Shown here: positions 1-9,762 of the stretch, one piece after another
Numbering within the stretch: position 1 is the stretch's first letter
Layout: each line of letters starts with the position of its first letter
DNA from: Dehalococcoidia bacterium
Lineage (GTDB): Bacteria; Chloroflexota; Dehalococcoidia; Bin125
DNA length: 64,000 nucleotides
Assembly (NCBI GenBank): GCA_963555985.3
Contig: OY820591.1
Coordinates: 2,720,001 to 2,784,000, forward strand
Direction of reading: 5' to 3'
Position numbers and translations under genes: made by a program
Notes under the pieces: generated by a model
Databases searched by the model: none
What the model was told of the DNA's origin: nothing
What the model saw: the letters and a program-made list of their open reading frames with translations, nothing else

Positions 1-736
1 TCTCGCCGGTCATGGAGACTTCTTCGGTGAAGCCGACCGGGATCGAGAGCAGCTGACCGACGTAGAGCGATTCCGGATCGGTGATGCCGTTGAGCAACAC
101 AATCGCCGAGACCGTGGTGTCGTACTGCTGCGCCAACAGCCAGAGGGTTTCCCCGGAGACGACTTCGATCCGCTCGATTTCGGTCCAGGCGGCGAGGCGG
201 GCTTCCGGTGACAGGGCCGCGGTCGCCTCGGCGGTGGCGGTTGTCGTCTCCGCGGCCTCCGTCGCGGCGGCGGCCTGGGTGGTTTGGGCGGCCTCGGCGG
301 AGGCGCTGGCCGGAGCTGCCGCAGCCGCTGATTGCTGCGTCGTCGCGGCGGCGCTGGGCGTACCGGCGGCCGGGGTGATCGTCGTGGCCGCGCTGGTTGT
401 GGCCGCTGTGGCCGCGCTCGTTTCGGCGGGCGCGGCGACGCGGGTCACCGTGTCAGTGGGGCCGGCGTCGTTGCCGCCCGTGAGGATCAGCGCAAGCGCC
501 GCGGCGGCGGCGGCGGGGATGATCAGGGCCAGGGCGATGACAGTCCAGGCGCGGCGTCGGCGCGAGCGCGACTCGGCGGCGGCTTCTTCGGCCTGATAGT
601 CGGGCATGGCCGGGCCTTGCGGCTCATGCGCGCGTGCGAAGGGCGAACCTTGCTCAGCGTCTGCGGGCACGCTGATTTGCTGTTGCGGCGGGATCGGCTC
701 GAACGGGCCGAGCGAGGCCGCTTCTTGCTGGGACAT
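1..736 (-). CDS. Membrane-anchored LysM domain protein (runs off window start)
   Basis: Manual minus-strand translation from ATG 736 (GGGAG upstream): RRRR + hydrophobic helix, Ala/Thr/Gln linker, then LysM IEVVSGETLWLLAQQYDTTVSAIVLLNGITDPESLYVGQLLSIP. Absent from the ORF track because it has no stop in the window. Confidence 0.85.
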   Translation of the reverse strand, partial: MSQQEAASLGPFEPIPPQQQISVPADAEQGSPFARAHEPQGPAMPDYQAEEAAAESRSRRRRAWTVIALALIIPAAAAAALALILTGGNDAGPTDTVTRVAAPAETSAATAATTSAATTITPAAGTPSAAATTQQSAAAAAPASASAEAAQTTQAAAATEAAETTTATAEATAALSPEARLAAWTEIERIEVVSGETLWLLAQQYDTTVSAIVLLNGITDPESLYVGQLLSIPVGFTEEVSMTGE

Positions 737-783
737 CCCGGTCTCCCAACCGAGTCACCCCACCGCCGCTGTGAGAGAGCCTG

Positions 784-1581
784 TTAGCGGAACTTGGGCG
801 GCCGCTTTTCCAAGAAGGCCGCAATCGCTTCCGCGTGCTCCGGTGTCTGCATCGCCCACTCTAGAGCCTCTCCCTCGCGCTGTTGCACGAGGCGGATGTT
901 CTCTTCGAGCTGATTTTGCGAAAATAGGGATTTCACGCGCTGCATCGTCGCGCTCGGATTTTCGGCCAGTTCAGTACCCAGCGCGACGGCGCGATCGAGC
1001 AGTTCGTCGTCGGGCGCGACATCGCGCACCAAGCCCGCTTCGAGCGCCTCTTGGGCGCCGACGAAGCGTCCGGTCAGGCACCAGTCGAGCGAGCGGCCAA
1101 CGCCGATCAGGCGGGGGAGGAGGGTCGTGCTGGCGGCTTCGGGCAGGAGTCCCATCTTGACGAAGCGGAAGCCGAACTGCGCGCTCTCCCCGGCGATGCG
1201 GAAGTCGAAGGGGAGGACGGTGGTAACGCCGACGCCGACGGCGTAGCCGTGGACAGCGGCGATCATGGGCTTGCTGTTGACGCAGAAATCGACCCAGGTT
1301 TCATCGTGGTCGTCGGCGCGGCTGGATTCTCCGGCGCGGCGGCTGGCTTCGCCGGTCTTGACCTCCGCCTGTTGTTGCTGCAAGTCGAGTCCGGCGCAGT
1401 AGGCGCGGCCGGCGCCGCAGAAGACGATGGCGGCGATGTCGGAGTTGGCGTTGAAGGCCTCAACCGCGTGGCGCTCCTCGGCCGCCATCGCACGGCTCCA
1501 GGCGTTCAGCTTTTCCGGGCGATTCTTGCGCACGATGCCGACTGCGCCGCGCTGTTCGACCTCGATCAGTTGATACCCCAT
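784..1581 (-). CDS. Enoyl-CoA hydratase/isomerase family protein
   Basis: Crotonase motifs NRPEKLNA, YCAGLDL, KPMIAAVHGYAVGVG, AFLEKRPPKF. Confidence 0.92.
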   Translation of the reverse strand: MGYQLIEVEQRGAVGIVRKNRPEKLNAWSRAMAAEERHAVEAFNANSDIAAIVFCGAGRAYCAGLDLQQQQAEVKTGEASRRAGESSRADDHDETWVDFCVNSKPMIAAVHGYAVGVGVTTVLPFDFRIAGESAQFGFRFVKMGLLPEAASTTLLPRLIGVGRSLDWCLTGRFVGAQEALEAGLVRDVAPDDELLDRAVALGTELAENPSATMQRVKSLFSQNQLEENIRLVQQREGEALEWAMQTPEHAEAIAAFLEKRPPKFR

Positions 1582-1731
1582 CCGGGCGGCTCCCTTCGTC
1601 GCGCTCCGTTATGCAGCTTCCAAGCGCGCGCTGACACGTTTTACCGATTCTGGTGTGAAGTTACCACCAGTCTTCCACAAGCTCAGTCTGCGCGGATACG
1701 GGCGCGACCTAGAGTGGCTTGGAGACGCCTT

Positions 1732-3747
1732 ATGCCGAGCAACCGCCGCCGCTCTCGCCGTTTCTGCGCACGACGTCTTGCGGCGTCCTGCGCCGCCGCG
1801 CTGATCGCAGCCGGTCTCGCGCTGACGCTCGCCGCTCCCGCCTCCGCCGACATCGGCTACACGATCCGGTCGGGGGACACGCTCTCGGAGATCGCCGAGG
1901 AGCACGGCACGACGGTTGCGGTCTTGCAAGCGCTCAACGGGATCAGTTCTCCCAACCACATCCAGGTTGGTCAGCAGATCCGGATTCCGGATTCCTCGAG
2001 CCAAGCGAGCAACGATCAATCCAGTCCGGCCATGCACGCCGGCATCACGACGACGCAGCCAGGGAAACTTCAATACACGGTGCAGGCAGGCGACACCGCC
2101 TACGGCATCGCTGACAAACTGGGCATCGACCTCCAGGACATCCGCGCGCTCAACTCTGGCGTGAACCTGAATGAGCTCGTGATCGGACAGACGATTGTCG
2201 TTCCCGCTCCCAGTGGCACTCACGGCAGCGCAGCCGTTGCCCAGCCAGCCCCCGCTCCAGCTGATTCGCCGAGTTCCGAGACGATCAGATACACCGTCGT
2301 CACGGGCGATAACGCCTCGCTGATCGCGGAGAAGCACGGGATCACGCTGGAGGCGCTGCGGGCGCATAACCCCGGCGTCAATCTCGATACGGTGTACAAA
2401 CGCCAGCTCATCCTGGTTCCGGCTCCCATCGGTTCGCCTGTGAGCGGGGAGCGGACTGCGGTCGCACCGGCGCCTGCGATCCACACCGCTTCCTACACCG
2501 TGCAACCCGGCGATAACGCCTCCTCGATTGCCGAAGCGCACGGGATCACGCTGGAGGAGTTGCGCAAACACAATCCGCGCATTGATCTCGATACGGTCTA
2601 CGTGCGCCAGATCATCCAAGTGCCGGTACCCGCATACCACGTGCCCGCGCTCGCTCCTGCGGAGGCGGGCGGGCTGATCAGCGCCGACTATGTGGTGCGG
2701 AGCGGCGACACCGCCTCCGGGATCGCCGATCTCTACGGGATCAGTCTGCAAGCGCTGCGCAATCTCAACCCGCTCACGAATCTCAACGCGATCTACATCG
2801 GACAGACGATCAAGGTGCCCTGGAGCGGCGGCAGCGCCTATGCGCCCGGGACGGCGCCGGCGGTCACGGCCCGCTACCGCACGCATACGGTCGAAGCGGG
2901 CCAAACTTTCCTCGGCATTGCCAACGCCTACGGACTGACGCTCGACGAGTTGCGCGGATTCAACGCCGGACGCGGCACGGACCTGATCGTGATCGGAGAA
3001 CGGCTGAAGCTCGGCGGCGAGCTTGCGGCGCCTGCGGTGGCTGAGGATGTGGTGGTCGAAGCGGCTGATCTGGTGCAGTATGTGGCTGCCACCTACGGGG
3101 TGACGCCGCACACGCTGCTGAGCAATAACGCCTGGCTGAGCGCGGACGAGTGGGTGCATGTGGGCGCGGTGCTGCGGATTCCGTTCCGCGAGGGTCTGCT
3201 GGTGACGGTGCAGGCGGGGGACACGCTGCGGGGGATCGCCGCTGCGCACGGGGTCGACATGGACGCCATCCTCGCCGACACGGGTTTGGGGGTGGACGAC
3301 CCGAACATGATCGTGATCGGCCAAGAGATCATCATGCCGCTGGTGATGCCCGACTTTGTCTGGCCGACGCACTCGCTGCTGGAGCTGACCGATCCGTTCG
3401 GTCTCTGCCGCAACTGGGACTGCTCCTACCGGCATCGCGGGCTGGACATGGCGATCGACGCCTGGGAGCCGATTCTGGCCTCCGCGGACGGGCTGGTGGT
3501 GTTTGTCGGGGGCGACCCGGGTTGGGGTCTGGGCTTGTACATCGAGATTGAGCATCCGAACGGCTGGCGAACGGTCTACGCGCACCTGAGCGACTTCGCG
3601 GTGTATCAAGGCCAGCTGGTGAAGCAGGGCGAGCTGATCGGCTACAACGGCACGACCGGAGAGAGCACGGGACCGCATCTGCACTTCGAGGTGCATCACA
3701 ACGACTGGTATGTGGATCCGGCGGTGGTGTTGCCGGCTTTGGGGTAA
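1732..3747 (+). CDS. Secreted multi-LysM (8 repeats) M23 peptidoglycan endopeptidase
   Basis: GGAG RBS before ATG 1732; Arg-rich signal peptide ending ASA; eight LysM repeats (YTIRSGDTLSEIA...); C-terminal M23 motifs HRGLD, YAHL, GPHLHFEV. Confidence 0.92.
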   Translation: MPSNRRRSRRFCARRLAASCAAALIAAGLALTLAAPASADIGYTIRSGDTLSEIAEEHGTTVAVLQALNGISSPNHIQVGQQIRIPDSSSQASNDQSSPAMHAGITTTQPGKLQYTVQAGDTAYGIADKLGIDLQDIRALNSGVNLNELVIGQTIVVPAPSGTHGSAAVAQPAPAPADSPSSETIRYTVVTGDNASLIAEKHGITLEALRAHNPGVNLDTVYKRQLILVPAPIGSPVSGERTAVAPAPAIHTASYTVQPGDNASSIAEAHGITLEELRKHNPRIDLDTVYVRQIIQVPVPAYHVPALAPAEAGGLISADYVVRSGDTASGIADLYGISLQALRNLNPLTNLNAIYIGQTIKVPWSGGSAYAPGTAPAVTARYRTHTVEAGQTFLGIANAYGLTLDELRGFNAGRGTDLIVIGERLKLGGELAAPAVAEDVVVEAADLVQYVAATYGVTPHTLLSNNAWLSADEWVHVGAVLRIPFREGLLVTVQAGDTLRGIAAAHGVDMDAILADTGLGVDDPNMIVIGQEIIMPLVMPDFVWPTHSLLELTDPFGLCRNWDCSYRHRGLDMAIDAWEPILASADGLVVFVGGDPGWGLGLYIEIEHPNGWRTVYAHLSDFAVYQGQLVKQGELIGYNGTTGESTGPHLHFEVHHNDWYVDPAVVLPALG

Positions 3748-3800
3748 TTCTGGACGGATCGGGCGAATTTGCCGCTGTGGGCGGGGAATTGGGCGGTAGG

Positions 3801-3900
3801 TAGTCCGGAAAAGTCCAGATTCGTCCAGATCTGTCTGGATTTTTGGATACTGGGAACAGAAATTGTGGGTGTGATTCCGGGTTTGTCCAGGGGTGTCCAG
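3801..3900. repeat. Degenerate 10-bp periodic repeat array, copy 1
   Basis: tagtccggaa/aagtccagat/tcgtccagat/ctgtctggat/ttttggatac and gtttgtccag/gggtgtccag. Confidence 0.6.
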
Positions 3901-4061
3901 GTGAGTGCTGAGGGTCATGGCGGGTTCCGTTTGTTGAGGCGGGATGGTTCGGTGCGGGCAACTATATGCGTACGAGAGTTCTGTGGCGGATCCGGATTTG
4001 GCGAGGTGTTGCGGGGGTCACAGTTTGGTCGGGGGCGGCGAGATCATGAGGGGAGGGTGCC

Positions 4062-4112
4062 CCCCCCTCTGTCACTTCGTGACATCTCCCCCCGCAATGC
4101 GGGGGGAGAGGG
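4062..4112. repeat. REP-like palindromic repeat (family C)
   Basis: CCCCCCTCTGTCACTTCGTGACATCTCCCCCCGCaaTGCGGGGGGAGAGGG; one mismatch to 51661-51711. Confidence 0.85.
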
Positions 4113-4131
4113 GAGTGAATGCCCGCCTGTG

Positions 4132-4275
4132 GAGAGCTTGGCGAAACTCGATATGCTCCGTCATTGCCGCGCTCCGCCGCGGCAATCTCGCCGTGTGAGC
4201 GACGATGGTGCAGATCACGGCGAGATACCCGCGGCAAGCGCGGGTATGACGATCTTTGACTTACGCGCAGGTCTC
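4132..4275. mobile_element. Putative 144-bp MITE/REPIN-like element
   Basis: Imperfect TIRs GAGAGCTTGGCGAAAC...GACTTACGCGCAGGTCTC enclosing an inverted pair of REP palindromes; same length and layout as 38353-38496. Confidence 0.6.
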
Positions 4276-4346
4276 CTCAAGGGGGAGAGCGGTTGGGGGT
4301 TTGTGCGGCGTCTCTCCCCGGGAAGCGAGCCTGGCGGGAGAGTTCC

Positions 4347-5330
4347 TTAGGTCAGTTGGGATTGCAATTCGGCTCGGATTGCGCGGAGGGTCTCTGCGTC
4401 CGGGGCGCCGTAGACGGCTGCGGCGCGTTGGCGGTAGTCGTCTCGTTCTCGCCAGCCGGGGGCGGCGGCTTCGATGATTTGGTCGATTTCGACGGCGGCG
4501 GCGAGGGCGGCCCAGATTGCCGCTTCCTGGTTGCCCTGGGCGGCGAGGAGGCCGGAGGCTCGCTGGGCCGGGGCGAGAGTGCGTTCGAGGCGTGGAACGA
4601 GGACTGCGCCGACCTCGGGCAGACGGGCGTCCAAGTGCGAGCGGGCCAGCGAGTGAAAGGAACCAACCGCGACCCAGGCATCAGCCAAGTCGCGTCCTGC
4701 ACACACAAGCCCAGCAGAGACTCGCGGCCACAGTTGCGGCACTCGGACGATCCGCCCGCCTGCCCGGAGGTGGCGGGGCAGGCGGAGGAGATGCCCTACT
4801 TCTCCCATGCCTGCGGAGACAGCATAGAACATTCGTATGACGGAATCCAATGCGTGGACGCCGAGTTCTGTCTCCTGATAGTCATTCAGGGCGACGCGGG
4901 CGGCTTGCAAGGCTCTGGCGGCGCGCAAGGCGCGGCCTTCAGCGGAGTAGTAGCGATCGCGAAACGCCGCCAGCAGGGTGCGCAAGGTGGGGTCGGCCAC
5001 GCGCAGGGGATGCAAGTCCGCCAGTGTTCCCGCCAGCGGCTCGCGGTGCAGCAGTTCTTCGAGCTCGGTCAGCGCGCCGGTCGTGATCCGGTCTACGGCG
5101 ATTCCGTTCTCGTCCACGCCGCCTTCGTCGATCAGCGCGTCGGCACGGTGGCGAAAGAGCAGCACTTGCAGGACGGACGCGCCCCAGACCGTGCCGCGCG
5201 CGTAGTCTCCACCGACGGCGACGGCCCGGATCGCGTCGTCGCGGTTGCGATGCCGGGCTCCGATGCGGTCGGCGACGGTTTGCCAGTCGTCGATTCGAGC
5301 CCAGGGCGGAGGCGGTTCCCACGCGGTCAC
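4347..5330 (-). CDS. Hypothetical protein with degenerate nucleotidyltransferase-like N-terminus
   Basis: IRAVAVGGDYARG...ASVLQVLLF resembles the pol-beta NTase GSxARG...SDxD motif but lacks the acidic residues; directly downstream of nadE. Confidence 0.55.
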   Translation of the reverse strand: MTAWEPPPPWARIDDWQTVADRIGARHRNRDDAIRAVAVGGDYARGTVWGASVLQVLLFRHRADALIDEGGVDENGIAVDRITTGALTELEELLHREPLAGTLADLHPLRVADPTLRTLLAAFRDRYYSAEGRALRAARALQAARVALNDYQETELGVHALDSVIRMFYAVSAGMGEVGHLLRLPRHLRAGGRIVRVPQLWPRVSAGLVCAGRDLADAWVAVGSFHSLARSHLDARLPEVGAVLVPRLERTLAPAQRASGLLAAQGNQEAAIWAALAAAVEIDQIIEAAAPGWRERDDYRQRAAAVYGAPDAETLRAIRAELQSQLT

Positions 5331-5340
5331 GGTGCGCCGC

Positions 5341-7065
5341 TCAGAACCCGCGATAGCGGTTGGCGATGGGAAAGCGGCGATCCTTGCCGAAGGCTCGCGG
5401 GGTGATGCGCAGTCCGGGCGCGGCCTGGCGGCGCTTGTATTCGGCCACCGTGACCAGCGACATCACGCGCTTGACATCGGCCTCGTCGAAGCCGGCGGCG
5501 ACGATCTCATCGAGCGAGCGGTCTTCTTCGACGAAGGCCTGGAGGATCGGATCAAGCCGCTCGTAGGGCATCAGGGACTGTTCGTCGAACTGATCGGGTC
5601 GCAGCTCGGCCGAGGGCGGCTTGGTCAGCACCGAGACCGGGATCACTTCGCGGCCGGCGCGCACGTTGGCGTATTCGGAGAGTTGGTAGACGAGCAGCTT
5701 GGGCACGTCCTGGATCACGGCCAGGCCGCCGGTCATGTCGCCGTAGAGGGTGGTGTAGCCGGTTGCGGATTCGCTCTTGTTGCTGGTGGTGAGGACGAGC
5801 GCGCCGGTCTTGTTGGAGAGCGCCATCATCAGCACGCCGCGAATGCGGGCCTGGAGGTTTTCTTCGGTCACGTCCGGTTCGAGGCCCTCGAAGAGCGGGG
5901 CCAGGGTGTCCAGATAGGCCTGATAGGCGGCCTCAATCGGGAGCACGTCGAGGCGGATGCCCAGGTTCTCGGCGAGCGCGCGGGCGTCGGCGACGCTGCC
6001 CTCGGAGGAATAGCGCGAGGGCATGGAGACGCCGCGCACGTGCTCGGGTCCGAGCGCTTCGACGGCGAGCACGGCGGTGATGGTCGAGTCGATCCCGCCT
6101 GAGAGGGCGATCACGACGTCCCTGAAACCCGTCTTGTGTATGTAGTCGCGGGTACCGAGTACGAGCGCTTCGTAGACCTGGGCGACCTCGCTGATCTCGT
6201 CGGCTAGCGGCGGATCACCCGACACTTCTCGCTGACCGGAGTGCTGGCCGGAGACTGAGGCGACCTCTGCATCGGTCTGGGGCAGGCGGCGCAGGCGGGG
6301 ATCGTGGAGGCGGGTCTGGCGGACTTCTTCGACATCGAGGTCAACCGTCAGCAGGTCTTCCTGGAAGAGCGGGGCGCGGGCGAGCAGTTGTCCGCCGGGA
6401 CCGTAGACGGTGCTGCCGCCGTCGAAGATCAGGTGATCCTGACCGCCGACGAGATTGCAGTAGAGGGTGAGGACGGCGTTGTCGGCGGCTCTGGTGGCGA
6501 GCATCTGCTCACGCTGTTTGGCTTTGCCGGCGTGGAAGGGGGAGCCGTTGATGTTGACGATCAGCTCGGCTCCGGCGAGGCACTGATCCTGCATCGGGCC
6601 GGAGGAGTACCAGATGTCCTCGCAGATGGTGACGCCGACGCGGGCGTCGCCGATCTCGAAGAGCTGCACGCCCAGACCGGGGCGAAAGTAGCGGGCCTCG
6701 TCGAAGACGCCGTAATTGGGCAGGTATTGCTTGTGGTAGACGCCGGCCTGTTCGCCGTCGTGGAGGACAGCGGCGGCGTTAAAGATGTCGTGGGCGTAGT
6801 CGACGAAGCCGACGACGGCGGAGACGTGCAACCCGCGCGTGGCTTCGCGGACTTGTTGCAGCGCATCAAGGTTGGCTTCGACGAATCCGCGCCGCAGCAC
6901 GAGGTCTTCGGGCGGGTAGCCGGTCAGAGCGAGTTCGGGGAAGGCGACGAGGTCTGCGCCGAGCGACTCGGCTGCGCGGATGGCTTCGATGATCTTGGCG
7001 GCGTTGCCGTCAAGATCGCCGACGGCGGTGTTGATCTGCGCCAGCGAAACTCGCAGACGTCGCAC
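5341..7065 (-). CDS. nadE: Glutamine-dependent NAD+ synthetase
   Basis: Nitrilase domain (FPELALTGYPPED, KQYLPNY, ICEDIW) plus synthetase SGGIDS, NLQARIR, NKSE, PPSAEL. Confidence 0.97.
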   Translation of the reverse strand: MRRLRVSLAQINTAVGDLDGNAAKIIEAIRAAESLGADLVAFPELALTGYPPEDLVLRRGFVEANLDALQQVREATRGLHVSAVVGFVDYAHDIFNAAAVLHDGEQAGVYHKQYLPNYGVFDEARYFRPGLGVQLFEIGDARVGVTICEDIWYSSGPMQDQCLAGAELIVNINGSPFHAGKAKQREQMLATRAADNAVLTLYCNLVGGQDHLIFDGGSTVYGPGGQLLARAPLFQEDLLTVDLDVEEVRQTRLHDPRLRRLPQTDAEVASVSGQHSGQREVSGDPPLADEISEVAQVYEALVLGTRDYIHKTGFRDVVIALSGGIDSTITAVLAVEALGPEHVRGVSMPSRYSSEGSVADARALAENLGIRLDVLPIEAAYQAYLDTLAPLFEGLEPDVTEENLQARIRGVLMMALSNKTGALVLTTSNKSESATGYTTLYGDMTGGLAVIQDVPKLLVYQLSEYANVRAGREVIPVSVLTKPPSAELRPDQFDEQSLMPYERLDPILQAFVEEDRSLDEIVAAGFDEADVKRVMSLVTVAEYKRRQAAPGLRITPRAFGKDRRFPIANRYRGF

Positions 7066-7125
7066 GGTTCTCTCCTCGATCGCAGCGACGGAGCTCGGCA
7101 GATGCAGATTACCGCACTGCCTTGA

Positions 7126-8091
7126 GTGGGCTTGGACTCATACACTCGATGGGTGTCGTCTTCCGCGAGTTTGCCTGCTGAATTGCTCGAGGCCAGTTTT
7201 CACTGGCCCGGTGGTCGCGGCGTGGACGAAATCAGCCTCAGTCTCGAACGCGGGGAGACGGTCACGCTGCTGGGTCCGAACGGAGCGGGGAAGTCGACGG
7301 CGCTGAAGCTGCTCAGCGGCGAGATTACGCCGCAGCACGGTTCCGTGCGCGTCTTCGGGGAGTCTCACAGCGCGAATGTGCGGCGGCGGATCGGGTTGGT
7401 GCTGCAAGAGCCGAGCACCGACGATCTGATGTCGCTTGCGGAGACGTTGGAGTTGCATGGGCGACTGTTCGGTCTGCGCGGGCGTGAGTTGCGGCGTCGC
7501 TGCGGGGAGTTGTTGGACTCGCTTGGTCTTGCGGAGCGGGCCAACGACCGCTGCGAGACACTGTCCGGGGGTCTGAGAAGGCGGCTGGACCTGGCGCGAG
7601 CGCTGCTGCATGAGCCGAGCCTGCTGTTGCTGGACGAGCCGACGCTTGCGCTCGATCCGGAGTCGAGCGCGGCGATCTGGCGGACGCTGGGTGAGCGGAC
7701 AGAGGCGGGGGCGGCGATTGTGGTTTGCTCGAACGACACGAGTGAAGCGGAAGCACATTCGGATCGGGTGATCATCATCGATGAAGGCCGGATCGCCGCT
7801 CAGGGCACGCCGGCCCAACTCACCGCTGATCTCCGCAGCGACGCGCTTGAGCTTGAGTGGCCCAGCCCCGATGACGCGCACCTGGCCGAAATCTCAAGCT
7901 GGAACGATGTGGGGCAGCTCCTCTACTCGGCTCCAACTCTGCACCTGACGGTCGATAGCGCAGCCGACTTCGTGCCGCGCTTGTTCCAGCGCCATGGGGA
8001 GCGGATTCGCGGGATTCGGATTCACGAATCCAGTCTGCGCGATGCCTGGTTCCAGATCGTCGGGCATCCGCTGAACGGCGGTGACTCGTGA
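7126..8091 (+). CDS. ABC transporter ATP-binding protein (DrrA/NodI-like); start uncertain
   Basis: Walker A GPNGAGKST, signature LSGG, Walker B LLLLDEPT. Confidence 0.9.
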   Translation: MGLDSYTRWVSSSASLPAELLEASFHWPGGRGVDEISLSLERGETVTLLGPNGAGKSTALKLLSGEITPQHGSVRVFGESHSANVRRRIGLVLQEPSTDDLMSLAETLELHGRLFGLRGRELRRRCGELLDSLGLAERANDRCETLSGGLRRRLDLARALLHEPSLLLLDEPTLALDPESSAAIWRTLGERTEAGAAIVVCSNDTSEAEAHSDRVIIIDEGRIAAQGTPAQLTADLRSDALELEWPSPDDAHLAEISSWNDVGQLLYSAPTLHLTVDSAADFVPRLFQRHGERIRGIRIHESSLRDAWFQIVGHPLNGGDS

Positions 8092-8891
8092 TCGCGCAGG
8101 CGGTCTCCGCGACCGACGCCGCCATCGCGCTGATGATGCGCGATCTGCGGGCGGTGGCGCGCTCGCGCTCGCAGTTGTACTCGTCGCTGCTGTTCCCGCT
8201 GATGCTGCTGGCGCTGCTCGGCACGGGCGTATCGAGCGGACTGCATCCGACCTCGGAGCGGATTGTGGACGGCGATTACACCTCGTTCCTCGCGCCCGGG
8301 ATGATCGCGATGACGGCGTTGTTCTCCTCCACGTTCTCCAGCGCGGGCTTCTACCGCGACCGTGAGAGCGGGTTGCTGCGGGCGCTGCTGGCGTCGCCGC
8401 ACAGCGCACAGACGATCCTGTTCGGTAAGGCGCTGGGCGCGATCCTGATCGGTTCGCTGCAAGCGCTGGCCGTGCTAGTGCTGGCAGTGGTGATTCCGGG
8501 GATCGATCTGGCCTGGCAATTCGGCTGGCTGGGCGGGGTCGCGGTGGTCGTGGTCACGGTGCTTGGCTTCAACTTCATGCTCTCCGGGATCGCGCTACTG
8601 CTGGCGGTACGGATCAAGACGATGCAGGGCTTTCACCTGGTGATGAACATCGTGCTGATGCCGCTGTTCTTTCTCAGCGGGGCGTTCTTTCCACTTGACG
8701 ACGTTCCCACCTGGTTGCAGGTGATCGCCTACATCAATCCGATTACCTACGCGGTCGATCTGCTGCATTACGCCTCCTACGCGCCGAGCTCGGAGGGTCT
8801 GATCGGGCCGCTGATCGACGGGATCGTGCTGGGGGCGCTGGCGCTTGGCTTGTTTGCGTTCGGCTTGCGCCGCGCGCCCAGCGCGGTGTGA
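8088..8891 (+). CDS. ABC-2 type transporter permease
   Basis: Multi-TM; FLAPGM, FLSGAFFP, NPITYAVD motifs; overlaps the ATPase stop. Confidence 0.9.
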   Translation: MIAQAVSATDAAIALMMRDLRAVARSRSQLYSSLLFPLMLLALLGTGVSSGLHPTSERIVDGDYTSFLAPGMIAMTALFSSTFSSAGFYRDRESGLLRALLASPHSAQTILFGKALGAILIGSLQALAVLVLAVVIPGIDLAWQFGWLGGVAVVVVTVLGFNFMLSGIALLLAVRIKTMQGFHLVMNIVLMPLFFLSGAFFPLDDVPTWLQVIAYINPITYAVDLLHYASYAPSSEGLIGPLIDGIVLGALALGLFAFGLRRAPSAV

Positions 8892-8901
8892 GGCCGCGGC
8901 G

Positions 8902-9759
8902 ATGCGCACGGTTGCAATTTTGGTTCTGGTGGTCGCGATCTGGCTGGCGGCCTGCGGCGGGGACGATGATCGCGTGATTCTCTCGGAGGCGGATGCGCCC
9001 TTTGTGCCGGTGCTGGAGTCGTCGGAGCTCGCAGTCGGGGACTCGCGGATCGTGCTGACGCTGCTGGATCGCGATGCGCAGCCGTCGTTCTCGCCGGAGA
9101 CCACGTTTCGGGCGCGCCTCTTCGAGCCAACCGAAGGCGGTACCCGCTTCCGAACCGAAGTGGAGTTGGAAGCGATCGCGGTTGGCGATGAGACCTATTA
9201 CGTCGGGCGGGGCGTCCCCTTCGATCAGGCGGGGGAGTGGGCATTGGCTGTGACTGCGGCGTTTACGGACGGTTCAGCGCAGAGTTCGCCGCGGCTGCCG
9301 TTCAGGGTTGCCGCTGATTCGAGTGCGCCTGCGGGCGGGGAGGCGGTGCCCGCGCTGCCGACGCCCACGCTTGCCGACGCTCCGATTGAGCGGCTGAGCG
9401 GTGATCCTGAGCCGCTGTTGGCGCTGTACGAACGGTCGGTGGACGAATTACTTGGCAGCGGCGAGCGATTTCTGATCGTGTTCGCTACCTATGACCGTTG
9501 CGCGGGGCGTCCGGTCTGCGCGCGCGCGGTGGAGCAAGCGAAGCGGATCGCCGAAGCGACCGATCTGACGGTGATCCATGTCGAACCGTTCGGGCGGCAG
9601 CAACCGCCGGAGCATCAGGCGATCGTTGATGCGGTGGTGGAGTCGTGGGGGATTCGGGTGGAGCCGTTGTTCTTTGTCGTTGACGGTGCGGGTCTGGTTT
9701 CGAGTCAATTTGCGATTGCGGCGACGGAGACCGAGCTCGGGGCGGCGGTAGAACGCTGA
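8902..9759 (+). CDS. Lipoprotein with C-terminal thioredoxin-like domain
   Basis: Lipobox LAAC; FATYDRCAGRPVC, IHVEP and EPLFFVVD resemble a thioredoxin fold. Confidence 0.7.
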   Translation: MRTVAILVLVVAIWLAACGGDDDRVILSEADAPFVPVLESSELAVGDSRIVLTLLDRDAQPSFSPETTFRARLFEPTEGGTRFRTEVELEAIAVGDETYYVGRGVPFDQAGEWALAVTAAFTDGSAQSSPRLPFRVAADSSAPAGGEAVPALPTPTLADAPIERLSGDPEPLLALYERSVDELLGSGERFLIVFATYDRCAGRPVCARAVEQAKRIAEATDLTVIHVEPFGRQQPPEHQAIVDAVVESWGIRVEPLFFVVDGAGLVSSQFAIAATETELGAAVER

Positions 9760-9762
9760 GCG

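Noticed and set aside
1051-1731. N-terminal extension of the 898-aa ORF
   Set aside because: It overlaps the antisense crotonase gene; the RBS and signal peptide indicate a start at 1732.
7126-9759. ABC-2 exporter and lipoprotein as oxidase copper/heme maturation factors
   Set aside because: They are on the opposite strand and lack Ccm, Nos or Sco (CxxxC) signatures; adjacency alone is insufficient.
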